NCBI GenBank assembly: GCA_964291415.2
Contig: OZ219920.1
Location: forward strand, 192,001 to 256,000
Length of the DNA: 64,000 nucleotides
Direction of reading: 5' to 3'
DNA from: Alphaproteobacteria bacterium
GTDB lineage: Bacteria > Pseudomonadota > Alphaproteobacteria > SP197
The notes below the pieces were generated by a model, which did no database searches, was not told where the DNA came from, and saw only the letters and a program-made list of their open reading frames with translations. The position numbers and the translations under genes were made by a program. This document shows positions 44,047 through 54,266 of this stretch, one piece after another. Every line of letters begins with the position of its first letter. Positions within the stretch are counted from its first letter, which is position 1.

Positions 44047-44667
44047 TCACTCCTGGACTGGCGTGTCGTCAACGTCCTCCCCGGGCGTCTCCTCCGCCGC
44101 CTCTTCTTCCACTGCCTCTTCCTCCACGGCTCCTTCTTCCACCGCCTGCTCGTCCGCCTCCTCCTCTTCGTCGTCGGCGCGGTGGAACGTGCGGCCGGTG
44201 GCCTCCTGGATCATCGCCTCGTCGACCGTGCGTGCCACATTGGCGACAACCGTCGCCGGCACTTCCGGATGAAGAAGGGTGGTGACCTCGAAGAGACCCA
44301 GGGTCTTGATGGGGCGATCGAGGACGACCATGCGGCGGTCGACCGGAAAGCCCATGGCCGCAAGTCCGTCGGCAATGTCGCGCGCCTTGACGGAACCGTA
44401 GAGCTGCAGGTTGTCGGCCGCCTGGCGGATGAGGGTGACATGGACGCGCTCCATCTTTTCCTTGAGGGAACCCGCCACGTCGCGCTGCTCGAGGTTGTGT
44501 TCCTCGCGCTCGGCCCTCTCGGCTTCAAAGCGGGCGATGTTGTCTCGCGTCGCCCGCAGTGCCTTGCCCCGGGGCAGCAGAAAGTTGCGTGCATAGCCGG
44601 GGCGCACCGCGACCACGTCACCCATGTTTCCGAGCTTGTCGATGCGTTCAAGAAGAACGATGTCCAT
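44047..44667 (-). CDS. rplI: 50S ribosomal protein L9 with acidic tail
   Basis: LGNMGDVVAVRPGYARNFLLP and LYGSV motifs. Confidence 0.98.
   Translation of the reverse strand: MDIVLLERIDKLGNMGDVVAVRPGYARNFLLPRGKALRATRDNIARFEAERAEREEHNLEQRDVAGSLKEKMERVHVTLIRQAADNLQLYGSVKARDIADGLAAMGFPVDRRMVVLDRPIKTLGLFEVTTLLHPEVPATVVANVARTVDEAMIQEATGRTFHRADDEEEEADEQAVEEGAVEEEAVEEEAAEETPGEDVDDTPVQE
44089..44145 (-). repeat. Imperfect 15-bp tandem repeat encoding (AVEEE/G)n in the L9 tail
   Basis: ctcttcttccactgc / ctcttcctccacggc / tccttcttccaccgc plus a partial copy. Confidence 0.7.
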
Positions 44668-44682
44668 TGTGGGTCTCCATAC

Positions 44683-45681
44683 TCAGGCGTCGTCGGCGAC
44701 GCCAAACCGTTCACGAAATCCCGCCCAGCAGTCGGCAAACCCGACAGCCGCGAAGGCGAGGGCGCCGAATGGCTGGAAGACGAGCACAACCACGTACCCT
44801 GCCATGAGAAACAGGGGTTGCATCCCCATGCCACGGGTGAGGGCGTGCAGGACCGCCAGACCCTGTAGCAGAAAACCCGTGCCCAGGACCAGAACAATTC
44901 CTGTCGCAAGGTAAACCACAAAGGCCGTCAGTCCGCCGGTCGATCCGCCCAGCGTGTCGACCCCCAGCGCCACCGCAGCGGCGGCGAGGGCGGCGATGGA
45001 GGGCCACATGGGAAGGCGCAGCTGCCAGAACACGGGCGAGGGACGCATCGGAGTGGCGAAGCTGACCAGAAGGCCCTGGGCCAGGGCTCCCATGACCGCA
45101 TGAGAGATCATGATGCCGCCCACCAGAGTACCTGGCACCAGGGAATCCCAGAAATCGACGAGGTCAGCCAGCGCCTGGCGTGACTCCTCGTCGGAATCCT
45201 CGAACCAGCCTCCAACCTCGTGAAGATTGCCGCGCACCGTGCCTGCGAGTCCGGCCTCGGTCATCGTGAGAACGAGGGTAAGGAGGGTGATCTCGACGAG
45301 ACCGACAACGAGGAACACTCGTGCCAGAGCGGATGCCGGGAGCCAGCGCGGCGCCTCTTCGGTCCCCGACACGGGCTGGATGGCGAGATGCGTGAGAATG
45401 AAGGCGGGAACCACGAATCCAAGGCTGTAGACGCTGGTCATCACCGGATCGAAGAACATCAGCAGGCACGCCACGGCGAGGACGCCGGCGAATCCCGATG
45501 CAAGGGACCCCCAGCCCAGACCCGCCAGGTAGATCGGCAGGGGCGAGGCCATGACCAGGAACAGACCCCAGAACGACGATGCCATGCCGAAGCCGAACAG
45601 CAGCGCGCTGACGAAGGCCGCGACCATCGCCACCAGGGGAACGAACGGGTTGAGAGGGGTTGCCTTGTCCTTCACGGGCAA
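44683..45681 (-). CDS. DUF2232 family membrane protein
   Basis: Polytopic, SPLPIYLAGLGWG and LQGLAVLH motifs. Conserved slot between rpsR and rplI. Confidence 0.85.
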   Translation of the reverse strand: MPVKDKATPLNPFVPLVAMVAAFVSALLFGFGMASSFWGLFLVMASPLPIYLAGLGWGSLASGFAGVLAVACLLMFFDPVMTSVYSLGFVVPAFILTHLAIQPVSGTEEAPRWLPASALARVFLVVGLVEITLLTLVLTMTEAGLAGTVRGNLHEVGGWFEDSDEESRQALADLVDFWDSLVPGTLVGGIMISHAVMGALAQGLLVSFATPMRPSPVFWQLRLPMWPSIAALAAAAVALGVDTLGGSTGGLTAFVVYLATGIVLVLGTGFLLQGLAVLHALTRGMGMQPLFLMAGYVVVLVFQPFGALAFAAVGFADCWAGFRERFGVADDA

Positions 45682-45690
45682 GGGCGGCGC

Positions 45691-45930
45691 CTACTGTGCG
45701 ACGTAGGGCAACAGCGCGAGATAGCGTGCGCGCTTGATCGCCTTGGCGAGTTCGCGCTGTTTCTTGGCCGAGACGGCGGTGATGCGTGACGGAACGATCT
45801 TCCCCCGCTCGGAGATGTATCTCTGCAGCAGCTTGACGTCCTTGTAGTCGATCACCGGCGCATTGGGTCCGGAAAATGGACAGGACTTGCGACGGCGCCA
45901 GTAGGGTCTGCGGGCAGGGGCAGCCATCAC
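45691..45930 (-). CDS. rpsR: 30S ribosomal protein S18
   Basis: [25 protein letters not shown]...[13 protein letters not shown]. Confidence 0.98.
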   Translation of the reverse strand: MMAAPARRPYWRRRKSCPFSGPNAPVIDYKDVKLLQRYISERGKIVPSRITAVSAKKQRELAKAIKRARYLALLPYVAQ

Positions 45931-46346
45931 GATCCTCCATCCTTCGCTTCAGCGTCCGCAGGCTCGGCGGACTGCGGTGCCTCATCGCCGGTGTTGCGCC
46001 GGATTGAGCGGTCGTCGCGGCTCGACTTGTTGCGCATCATCGGCGAGACCTCGGACTCCAGCTGATCGACACGCACCGACATGAAGCGCAGCACGTCCTC
46101 GTTGAAACGCAGGTTGCGCTCCAGCTCACCGAGCGTCTCGACGGAAGCGTCGACATTCATGAAGACATAGTGGCCCTTGCGGTTCTTCTTGATGCGGTAT
46201 GCCAGGGACTTCAAGCCCCAGATTTCGGTCTTGGGAACATCGCCGCCGCCCTCCTGGACCAGGGCTTCCATCTTTCCGGCAAGAGCCTCGACCTGTTGCG
46301 GAGAGGAATCCGGGCGGACGATAAAGACACTCTCGTAGAACGGCAT
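45927..46346 (-). CDS. rpsF: 30S ribosomal protein S6
   Basis: YESVFI and [18 protein letters not shown] motifs. Confidence 0.98.
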   Translation of the reverse strand: MPFYESVFIVRPDSSPQQVEALAGKMEALVQEGGGDVPKTEIWGLKSLAYRIKKNRKGHYVFMNVDASVETLGELERNLRFNEDVLRFMSVRVDQLESEVSPMMRNKSSRDDRSIRRNTGDEAPQSAEPADAEAKDGGS

Positions 46347-46459
46347 CGAACTTTCAGCTCACATCGTTGATCCGGAACGTCAAACTCGCATCGGGCATGG
46401 TGCGGACACGACAGCAACCTGCCACCGACAGGCTCGGCGCCCGGCCGCAAGGGTGGCGC

Positions 46460-46487
46460 ACTATAGGGACTGCACGGGGGGATGCAA
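46460..46487 (-). promoter_or_regulatory. Sigma70-type promoter of the rpsF operon
   Basis: TTGCAT (46487-82), 16-nt spacer, TATAGT (46465-60). Confidence 0.6.
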
Positions 46488-46582
46488 GCGATTTTGCCAT
46501 CCGGCGACCGCTGGGGTCTTGACAACCGGCAGGCGGCATTCGTTGAGTGCCCGTCAGGCAACCAAGGCAGGTATGGAGTGTC

Positions 46583-47524
46583 ATGACGTGCATGTTCGTG
46601 TTTCCGGGACAGGGCAGCCAGCGCCCCGGCATGGGAGTGGCGCTCGCCGATGCCTTTGCGACCTCGCGCGAGGTGTTCGAGGAAGTCGATGACGCCCTCG
46701 GCCGCCACCTCACGCGCCTGATGCGCGAAGGCGATGCCGACGACCTGACGCTCACCAGCAATGCCCAGCCGGCCCTCATGGCGGTTTCCGTGGCCGTGCT
46801 GCGGGTGATCGTGTCCGAGAGTGGCCAACCGGTTCCGGCCTTGTGCCGACTGGCCGCCGGTCATTCCCTTGGCGAGTACTCCGCTCTTGTGGCCTCCGGG
46901 GTCCTGGGCCTTGCCGATACGGCACGCCTGCTCGACCTGCGCGGCCGGGCAATGCAGGAGGCTGTGCCAGCCGGCGAAGGCGCCATGGCGGCCGTGCTCG
47001 GACTGGAGATCGACGACGTCATCGACATCGCCGCCGAGGCGTCACGCGCCGGTGTCTGCGTAGTCGGCAATGACAACGCACCGTCGCAGGTCGTGGTCTC
47101 GGGAAAGAAGGAGGCTGTCGAATTGGCATCGGACCTGGCGTCCGAGCGCGGCGCAGGCCGCGTCGTGCCGCTTCAGGTGAGCGCACCCTTTCACTCGCCG
47201 CTCATGGAACCGGCTGCCCGGCGCATGGAAGAGGCCCTGGCGGCGGTGACGTTCGCCACTCCGGCGGTTCCGGTGGTGAGCAATGTGACGGCAAGGCCGG
47301 AGACAGCGCCGGCAGACATGCGCCGGCTCCTGGTCGACCAGATCACGGCGCGGGTGCGCTGGCGCGAGAGCATGAGCGGACTCGCGGACCACGGGGTCAT
47401 GTCGGTGGCCGAACTCGGCTCCGGCAGGACGCTGTGCGGACTGATGCGCAAGATTGACCGGGACATCAAGGCCGTTCCGGTGGAGACCCCGGATGATGTC
47501 GAGGCATTCCTCAATGCCCTTTGA
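46583..47524 (+). CDS. fabD: Malonyl CoA-ACP transacylase
   Basis: FPGQGSQ, GHSLGEY and SAPFHS motifs. Confidence 0.97.
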   Translation: MTCMFVFPGQGSQRPGMGVALADAFATSREVFEEVDDALGRHLTRLMREGDADDLTLTSNAQPALMAVSVAVLRVIVSESGQPVPALCRLAAGHSLGEYSALVASGVLGLADTARLLDLRGRAMQEAVPAGEGAMAAVLGLEIDDVIDIAAEASRAGVCVVGNDNAPSQVVVSGKKEAVELASDLASERGAGRVVPLQVSAPFHSPLMEPAARRMEEALAAVTFATPAVPVVSNVTARPETAPADMRRLLVDQITARVRWRESMSGLADHGVMSVAELGSGRTLCGLMRKIDRDIKAVPVETPDDVEAFLNAL

Positions 47525-47600
47525 CGATCCGCGCTGGACGGATAGCCTGCTTCGACGGCGCAGGCTTACGGAGTGAACAACAGGATTGGGGAATGAGGCC

Positions 47601-48329
47601 ATGCATGACGATCTGACGGGACGGACGGCGCTCGTCACCGGAGCCTCGGGCGGCATCGGTGCCGCCATCGCGAGGCGACTGCACGCCCGGGGTGCGGCGG
47701 TCGTGCTCTCCGGACGCCGCCGCGAGGCCCTCGAGTCCCTGGCTCGGGAGCTCGGCGAGGCGGCGAGCGTTGTCGTTGCCGAACTGGGCACCGCCGATGC
47801 GGCGCGGGCCCTCGCCAAGGCTGCCGGGGACGTCGACATCATTGTCAACAATGCCGGGGTCGTCGACGATTCCCTCGCCCTTCGCCTGGGCGACGATCAG
47901 TGGCAACGGGTCATTGACCTCAATCTTTCGTCAGCCTTCCATATCATTCAGCCTCTGCTGCGCGGCATGATCAGGAGACGACACGGCCGCATCATCAACA
48001 TCACGTCGGTGGTGGGCCACACCGGCAATCCGGGACAGGCCAACTACGCCGCCGCCAAGGCCGGCCTGGCGGGAATGACAAGGTCGCTGGCCCTGGAGGT
48101 GGCGCAGCGCGGCATCACGGTGAACTGCGTGGCGCCCGGCTTCATAGATACGGCGATGACGGACCAACTGCCGGACTCGCTCCGGGATTCCATTCTCGAA
48201 CGGATTCCGGCGGGCCGCCTCGGAACGGCCGACGAGGTGGCGGCAGCCGTGGCCTGGCTTGCCGGTGACGACGCCGCCTATGTCACGGGACAGACGATCC
48301 ACGTGAATGGCGGCATGGCGATGCCGTGA
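47601..48329 (+). CDS. fabG: 3-oxoacyl-ACP reductase
   Basis: TGASGGIG, GNPGQANYAAAK and HVNGGM motifs. fab operon context. Confidence 0.95.
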   Translation: MHDDLTGRTALVTGASGGIGAAIARRLHARGAAVVLSGRRREALESLARELGEAASVVVAELGTADAARALAKAAGDVDIIVNNAGVVDDSLALRLGDDQWQRVIDLNLSSAFHIIQPLLRGMIRRRHGRIINITSVVGHTGNPGQANYAAAKAGLAGMTRSLALEVAQRGITVNCVAPGFIDTAMTDQLPDSLRDSILERIPAGRLGTADEVAAAVAWLAGDDAAYVTGQTIHVNGGMAMP

Positions 48330-48485
48330 GCCGCCTGTTGACCATTCCCCTGCCGCCGTGGAGTCTTGACCTATCGCCTTGTTGCGGGATTATGGTAGAG
48401 ACAGGCGTTCCCCGGAGAGCATCCGTCGAGGCGGCACAAGGAACGTGACATCCCAGACTCATTCAGGACCGGAGGCGGCTCGACC

Positions 48486-48719
48486 ATGAGCGATACAGCT
48501 GAACGTGTACGATCAATCGTCATAGAGCATCTTGGAGTCGATGAATCCAAGGTTGTCGATGGTGCCAGTTTTATCGATGACCTCGGGGCCGACAGCCTCG
48601 ACACGGTTGAACTCGTGATGGCATTCGAGGATGCCTTCAGTATCGCCATACCTGATGATGCCGGAGAGAAGATCGTCACCGTCAAGGATGCGATCGACTA
48701 CATCGAGCAGCACATCTGA
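48486..48719 (+). CDS. acpP: Acyl carrier protein
   Basis: [17 protein letters not shown]. Confidence 0.98.
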   Translation: MSDTAERVRSIVIEHLGVDESKVVDGASFIDDLGADSLDTVELVMAFEDAFSIAIPDDAGEKIVTVKDAIDYIEQHI

Positions 48720-48752
48720 GACCGTGACTGGCAATCCTGCCTCCCGCCCGCC

Positions 48753-50036
48753 ATGGTGACAGCTGCAAGCCGGTCGCGCCGGGTCGTGGTGACCGGCCTT
48801 GGCATGGTGACGCCGCTCGGAGGGAGCGTTGCCCGCAACTGGTCCCAGATCGTCTCGGGCGTCTCGGGCATACGACGGATAGAGAACTTTCCCGTCGACG
48901 ATCTGCCGGCAAAGATTGCCGGGCAGCCGCCGCGCGGCAACGGTGACGATGCGTTCGATGCAGCACGTTACGTGGAGCCGAAGGAGCAGCGGCGCATGGA
49001 TGACTTCATCATCTATGCCATTGCCGCAGCGCAGCAGGCGGTCGAGGATGCCGACTGGATCATCGATGACGTGGAGGAGCAGCGGCGCACCGGTGTCCTG
49101 ATCGGCTCGGGCATCGGCGGACTGAAGACCATTCAGGACGGTTCCCTGATTCTGCGGGACAAGGGGCCGCGCCGGATCAGCCCCTTCTTCATCCCGTCGG
49201 CTCTCATCAACCTTGCCTCGGGCCACGTTTCCATCCGTTTCGGCTACCGCGGCCCCAACCATTCGGTGGTGACGGCCTGTTCCACCGGCGCCCATGCCAT
49301 TGGCGATGCCGCCCGGCTGATCGCGTGCGGCAACGCGGACGTCATGGTGGCCGGAGGCGCCGAGGCTGCTGTCTGCCAGCTGGGGATTGCCGGGTTTTCG
49401 GCATCACGGGCGCTTTCCACGAATTTCAACGACGAACCGGAGCGGGCTTCGCGACCCTGGGACAAGGGCAGGGACGGATTCGTCATGGGCGAGGGAGCCG
49501 GCGTCGTCGTTCTCGAGGAGTACGCCCACGCGCGGCAACGCGGAGCCCGGATCCATGCGGAGATCCTGGGTTACGGCCTGTCGGGCGATGCCCATCACAT
49601 CACGGCGCCGCCGCCCGACGGAGATGGCGGATACCGGTCGATGAAGGCCGCCATCGAGGACGCCGGACTGGCGCCCGCAGACATCGACTACATCAACGCC
49701 CATGGAACCTCGACGCCGATGGGGGATGAGATCGAGATTGGCGCCGTCAGGCGCCTCTTTGGCGACGCCGTCTCGAACATCAGCATGTCTTCGACGAAAT
49801 CGTCGATCGGACATCTGCTCGGCGCCGCCGGCAGCGTCGAGGCGATCTACACCATCCTCGCGGTCCAGAACAACCTGGTTCCGCCGACTCTCAATCTCGA
49901 CGACCCCGAGGATGTCTGCCTGGGACTCGATCTCGTTCCCCACGAAGCGAAGGAGCGTCCGGTCCGCCGGGCGTTGTCGAACTCGTTCGGTTTTGGCGGC
50001 ACCAACGCCACGCTGATCATCGGCAAGTGCCACTGA
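48753..50036 (+). CDS. fabF: Beta-ketoacyl-ACP synthase II
   Basis: TACSTG, HGTST, GHLLGAAG and NSFGFGGTN motifs. Confidence 0.98.
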   Translation: MVTAASRSRRVVVTGLGMVTPLGGSVARNWSQIVSGVSGIRRIENFPVDDLPAKIAGQPPRGNGDDAFDAARYVEPKEQRRMDDFIIYAIAAAQQAVEDADWIIDDVEEQRRTGVLIGSGIGGLKTIQDGSLILRDKGPRRISPFFIPSALINLASGHVSIRFGYRGPNHSVVTACSTGAHAIGDAARLIACGNADVMVAGGAEAAVCQLGIAGFSASRALSTNFNDEPERASRPWDKGRDGFVMGEGAGVVVLEEYAHARQRGARIHAEILGYGLSGDAHHITAPPPDGDGGYRSMKAAIEDAGLAPADIDYINAHGTSTPMGDEIEIGAVRRLFGDAVSNISMSSTKSSIGHLLGAAGSVEAIYTILAVQNNLVPPTLNLDDPEDVCLGLDLVPHEAKERPVRRALSNSFGFGGTNATLIIGKCH

Positions 50037-50045
50037 GACTCCGCG

Positions 50046-51023
50046 GTGGGCCGGAAAGCGGGGGTTGTCGCCAGTCTCTTCGGTACCGGCGTCATCGTCC
50101 TGGCCACCGCATTCCTGTGGTTCCAGGCGGCACTGGAGAGGCACGGCCCCCTGGAGGCTCCGGCCACCCTGATCATCCCTGAAGGAACCGGCGCGGCCGA
50201 GATCGCAGAGAGACTCCACGCCAGCAACATCATTGACAGCACCACGCTCTTCCGGCTGCACACGCTTGCGCGCGGCAATGCCCACCTCCTGAAGGCCGGC
50301 GAGTATGCCTTCGGGTCCGGTGAGACCCTTGGCAGCGTCATCGCGAGGCTGGTCAGTGGCGACACCGTGGTCCATGCCCTCACGCTTCCCGAAGGATTGA
50401 GCAGTGCCGCGGCGCTTGCCATCATCGAAGCCCACTCTGCCCTCGAGGGAACGGTCGCCGCCACGCCCCGGGAGGGCTCGCTGTTGCCCGAAACCTATCA
50501 CTTCGAGCGCGGCACGACGCGCCAGGAGCTCGTCGAACGCATGATGCAGGCCATGGAGGCCGCTGTCGCCGAACTGTGGGCCGTTCGGGCCGGGGGGTTG
50601 CCGCTGGCCTCGCCGGCGGAAGCGGTGATCCTTGCCTCGATCGTCGAGAAGGAGACCGGCAGGGCGGATGAACGCCGGCATGTTGCCGGTGTCCTGGTCA
50701 ACCGCCTTGAGCGCGGCATGCGCCTGCAATCAGATCCGACGGTCATCTATGCCCTGACCAGGGGGGCCGAGCCGCTTGGCCGGGATCTGCTGCGCTCGGA
50801 CTGGCAGCTCGATGATCCCTACAACACCTACCGTCACAAGGGACTGCCTCCCGGACCCATTGCCAACCCGGGGCGCGAGGCCATCGCGGCGGTCCTCGAT
50901 CCGCTCGACACCCCGGATCTCTACTTTGTTGCCGATGGATCAGGCGGCCATGCCTTTGCCGCCACTCTCGAGGAACACAACCGCAACGTTGTTCGCTGGC
51001 GGCGCCATCGTTCCGGCAACTGA
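50046..51023 (+). CDS. mltG: Endolytic transglycosylase
   Basis: EGSLLPETY, LASIVEKET, LQSDPT and GLPPGPIANPG motifs. Confidence 0.96.
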   Translation: MGRKAGVVASLFGTGVIVLATAFLWFQAALERHGPLEAPATLIIPEGTGAAEIAERLHASNIIDSTTLFRLHTLARGNAHLLKAGEYAFGSGETLGSVIARLVSGDTVVHALTLPEGLSSAAALAIIEAHSALEGTVAATPREGSLLPETYHFERGTTRQELVERMMQAMEAAVAELWAVRAGGLPLASPAEAVILASIVEKETGRADERRHVAGVLVNRLERGMRLQSDPTVIYALTRGAEPLGRDLLRSDWQLDDPYNTYRHKGLPPGPIANPGREAIAAVLDPLDTPDLYFVADGSGGHAFAATLEEHNRNVVRWRRHRSGN

Positions 51024-51040
51024 CAGGCGCTACCCGCACC

Positions 51041-51832
51041 TCACCCTTTAGGGGGAGCTTCCGGCGTCGCAGGCTTGGACGGCATGCGGGAGAGCAGCCG
51101 GTCCGTGAGCGCCGGCGGCAGGACCGCAAGAAGCTGGACGAGCCAGGTCGTCTGCCATGGGAAGGCAATGCGTCCGCGGTCGCGTTCCAGTCCCTTCCTG
51201 ATGAGGCGAGCGGCGCGCCTCGCGTCCATGAGAAACGGCATGGTGTAGGGATTGTCCCTGCTCATCGGGGTCTCCACGAATCCGGGGCAGATGACCGAAA
51301 GGCGCACGCCATGGTGGCGCAACCAGACTCGCTGGCCCTCGCCCCACACGCGCAGGGCTGCCTTGCTGGCGCAGTAGGCCGGCGCGCCCGGGAATCCCCT
51401 GAAGCTGGCAAGGGACGACATCACCGCGATCTGTCCCTGGCCCCGTGTCACCATCATGTGCATCGCCGGCAGGACGGTGTTGAAGACTCCGTCCACGTTG
51501 ACGCGGAAGAGGTGGCGCACCTGGTCTGCCGATTCGCCCGTGTAGCCGGAGCCGGCGGAGACGCCGGCGTTGGCGATCACCAGATCCAGGGCGCGGGTGT
51601 CGTTGCAGTCCGCCATCCAGCTCTCCATGGCGTCCCGGTCGGTCACGTCCACTGTTTGCGCGATGCAGCAGGCGCCGGCGCGGCGACAGTCGTCCGCGAC
51701 TGCTTCCAGGCGCGGTTCATCGCGCCCGCCGAGAAAAAGCGTGGTGTCCGGGGCGGCATAGACCCGGGCAAGTGCGGCTCCGATGCCGCTTGATGCGCCG
51801 GTCACGAGGATGGAGGACGGAGTTCGGGTCAT
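51041..51832 (-). CDS. SDR oxidoreductase
   Basis: TGASSGIG, ANAG, YCASK and PGFVETPM motifs. Confidence 0.92.
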   Translation of the reverse strand: MTRTPSSILVTGASSGIGAALARVYAAPDTTLFLGGRDEPRLEAVADDCRRAGACCIAQTVDVTDRDAMESWMADCNDTRALDLVIANAGVSAGSGYTGESADQVRHLFRVNVDGVFNTVLPAMHMMVTRGQGQIAVMSSLASFRGFPGAPAYCASKAALRVWGEGQRVWLRHHGVRLSVICPGFVETPMSRDNPYTMPFLMDARRAARLIRKGLERDRGRIAFPWQTTWLVQLLAVLPPALTDRLLSRMPSKPATPEAPPKG

Positions 51833-51909
51833 GGCATTCCAGGGCGAGAGTGACTCTGGTGAAGCGCCCATGATATCACCCTCCACTCTTGCGCAGTCGG
51901 AGGCGGTTC

Positions 51910-52758
51910 GTGGCGTTTCAGGGCATGACGGGTATCGCCAGTGTGGCCGGTCGCGCCTGGACATGGAATGCGCGCAGTGTCAACGGCAAGGGCCTCGATG
52001 TCCGCTGCCGGGTGCCAGGGGGCCTGGAATGGCTGGAGCCCGTGGCGCGCGAACGGGCCGGACGACTGATGACGCGGGGCAGCATTTCGCTCTCCCTGGT
52101 CCTGGAGTCCGACCAGGCGACGGGCGTGGTGGTGAACCACGCCGCTCTCGATGACCTCGTTCATGTCCTGGAGCAACGGGCGGGCCCGCCCTCACCGGCA
52201 TCTCTTGCCGGACTGCTGGCGGTTCCAGGGATCGTCTCCCCGGGCGCAAGGACGGATGCCGGGCCCGTGGCCGATGAACTGACCGCGGACCTCGAGGCGG
52301 TTCTCGATCTCCTGGTCGCATCACGCCTGGGGGAGGGGGCCAGTCTGGCCGGAATCATCGGCGGCCTGCTGGACGAGGTCGACGACCTTGTCGCGCTGGC
52401 CCATGACGAGGCCCGCGGCGAGCCCGAACGCCTCCGCCGCGTCCTGGACGAAAGGGTGCGTGATCTTGTCCGCGATCCCGCGATCGATGACGCGAGACTT
52501 GCCCAGGAAGTCGCCTTCCTCGTCTCGCGTGCCGATGTGCGCGAGGAGATCGACCGCCTGACCGCCCATGCGGCGGCGGTGCGCAACCTGCTCGAAGAGG
52601 CGAGTCCCGGGCGCCAGCTGGGTTTCTTCTGTCAGGAACTGTTGCGCGAGGCCAACACGCTTTCATCCAAGTCCCAGTCCGTGCCTTTGACCAACGCCGC
52701 CGTCAACCTCAAGGTGGCCATTGACCGCCTGCGCGAGCAGGCCCAGAACGTGGAGTAG
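51910..52758 (+). CDS. yicC: YicC/YloC family endoribonuclease
   Basis: MTG..., RSVNGKGLD, DVREEIDRL, REANTLSSKS and REQAQNVE motifs. Confidence 0.93.
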   Translation: MAFQGMTGIASVAGRAWTWNARSVNGKGLDVRCRVPGGLEWLEPVARERAGRLMTRGSISLSLVLESDQATGVVVNHAALDDLVHVLEQRAGPPSPASLAGLLAVPGIVSPGARTDAGPVADELTADLEAVLDLLVASRLGEGASLAGIIGGLLDEVDDLVALAHDEARGEPERLRRVLDERVRDLVRDPAIDDARLAQEVAFLVSRADVREEIDRLTAHAAAVRNLLEEASPGRQLGFFCQELLREANTLSSKSQSVPLTNAAVNLKVAIDRLREQAQNVE

Positions 52759-52846
52759 GCTGCCATGCTCCAGTCCACACGCGCGATTCCGTACCTGATG
52801 GCTGTCGGTGGTCCGCGCGGGCGGACACGGGGTGGGGAGTAGGCCG

Positions 52847-53488
52847 GTGTCCGAGAGAACCCGCCGGGGCTTCATGCTGGTGCTGTCCGCACCGTCGGCT
52901 ACCGGCAAGTCGACGCTGGTGCGCCGGCTGGTTGACGACGACGGCACCATCGCGTTTTCGGTCTCGGTCACCACGCGGGCTCCCCGGCCAGGAGAAGAGG
53001 CCGGCCGCGACCTTCATTTCGTCGACCACGAGCGCTTCCGGGAGATGATCGACCGGGAAGAACTTCTCGAACATGCCACGGTTTTCGGCAATTCCTACGG
53101 AACCCCGAGGACGCCGGTCGAGGAGGCGCTGAACCGGGGTTGCGATGTGGTGTCGGATATCGACTGCCAGGGCGCGGCCCAGCTTCGCGAATCCCTCGGG
53201 GACGATGTCGTTCTGGTTTTCGTTCTGCCGCCTTCAGCAGCGGAACTCAAGCACCGGCTCGCCGCACGGGGTACCGGAACAGCCGAGGACATGGAGCGCC
53301 GCATGCGCGATGCCGTGGGCGAACTCGCCAGCTGGGAGACCTTCGACTACGTCATCGTCAACCACGATGTCGACGACAGTCTTGCCTCACTGAAGTCCAT
53401 CCTGGCCGCCGAACGTCACCGGCGCGATCGTCTCACGTCGCTTCCCCAACTCGTGGCAACCATGCGCCGGGAACTCTCCGGCGCCTGA
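52847..53488 (+). CDS. gmk: Guanylate kinase
   Basis: SAPSATGKS P-loop, SVTTRAPRPGE, YGT and LPPS motifs. Follows yicC. Confidence 0.93.
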   Translation: MSERTRRGFMLVLSAPSATGKSTLVRRLVDDDGTIAFSVSVTTRAPRPGEEAGRDLHFVDHERFREMIDREELLEHATVFGNSYGTPRTPVEEALNRGCDVVSDIDCQGAAQLRESLGDDVVLVFVLPPSAAELKHRLAARGTGTAEDMERRMRDAVGELASWETFDYVIVNHDVDDSLASLKSILAAERHRRDRLTSLPQLVATMRRELSGA

Positions 53489-53512
53489 TGGGCCATGAGC
53501 GCCGGGGCTGTG

Positions 53513-54019
53513 TCATCGCAGCGCCGGAATGGTATCCGGGCGCACCACGCCCGAGAGGCCCGCAAGGGCGTCGGGCACCAGGGCCAGAACGTGCAGCCGT
53601 TCCCGGTCACGTGTCTCGGCCAGCGTGATGTTCCGTGGCAATGCGGGTTCGAACCCGTAACGGCCGTAGAGGTTGCCGTCGCCAATGAGAACCACGATGC
53701 GGTGCCCGAGGGTGCGCGCGCGTTCCAGGGTCGTGTTGATCAGTTCCCGGCTGATGCCGCGACCCCTGTGGTCGGGGTCGACGGCAACGGGACCCAACTG
53801 GATCGCCCGGGTTCCGGCGCCGATCAGTACCGGCCAGCAGCGGATGGTGGCGATGACGTGGCCCCCTTCAAGGGCCACAAGGCTCAGTTCCGCAATTCTG
53901 CGGGAGCCCTGACGCAACCGCGCCGCCGGGCTGTCGACAAGCCGGTGGCCCAGCGACATGCGGGCGATCGTCTCGACAGCGAGCCTGTCGCGGGGACGTT
54001 CTTCGATGATCTCAACCAA
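53513..54019 (-). CDS. GNAT N-acetyltransferase (YhbS-like)
   Basis: LGPVAVDPDHRGRGI and LIGDGNLYGRYGF motifs. TTG start. Confidence 0.85.
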   Translation of the reverse strand: MVEIIEERPRDRLAVETIARMSLGHRLVDSPAARLRQGSRRIAELSLVALEGGHVIATIRCWPVLIGAGTRAIQLGPVAVDPDHRGRGISRELINTTLERARTLGHRIVVLIGDGNLYGRYGFEPALPRNITLAETRDRERLHVLALVPDALAGLSGVVRPDTIPALR

Positions 54020-54266
54020 GGGGAAAGACCGGAGTTCAGGCAGGATGAGGGGCCTGCCATAGCATCGATTGTGATGGCGGGAAACGTGCGCGTGACCCGC
54101 GCCGCATTGGATGACTACGGCCGTTTCCCTATATTGGACAACACGGAGGGTGCCGCCATGTCAGCCGCACGGCGTACTGCGGCACGTACGACGAGGACAG
54201 CATATGGTCTTGGTCTTCACAACGGCCGGACCTGCGTGCCTGAACCACCCATAGCGGGAGAGTGAC

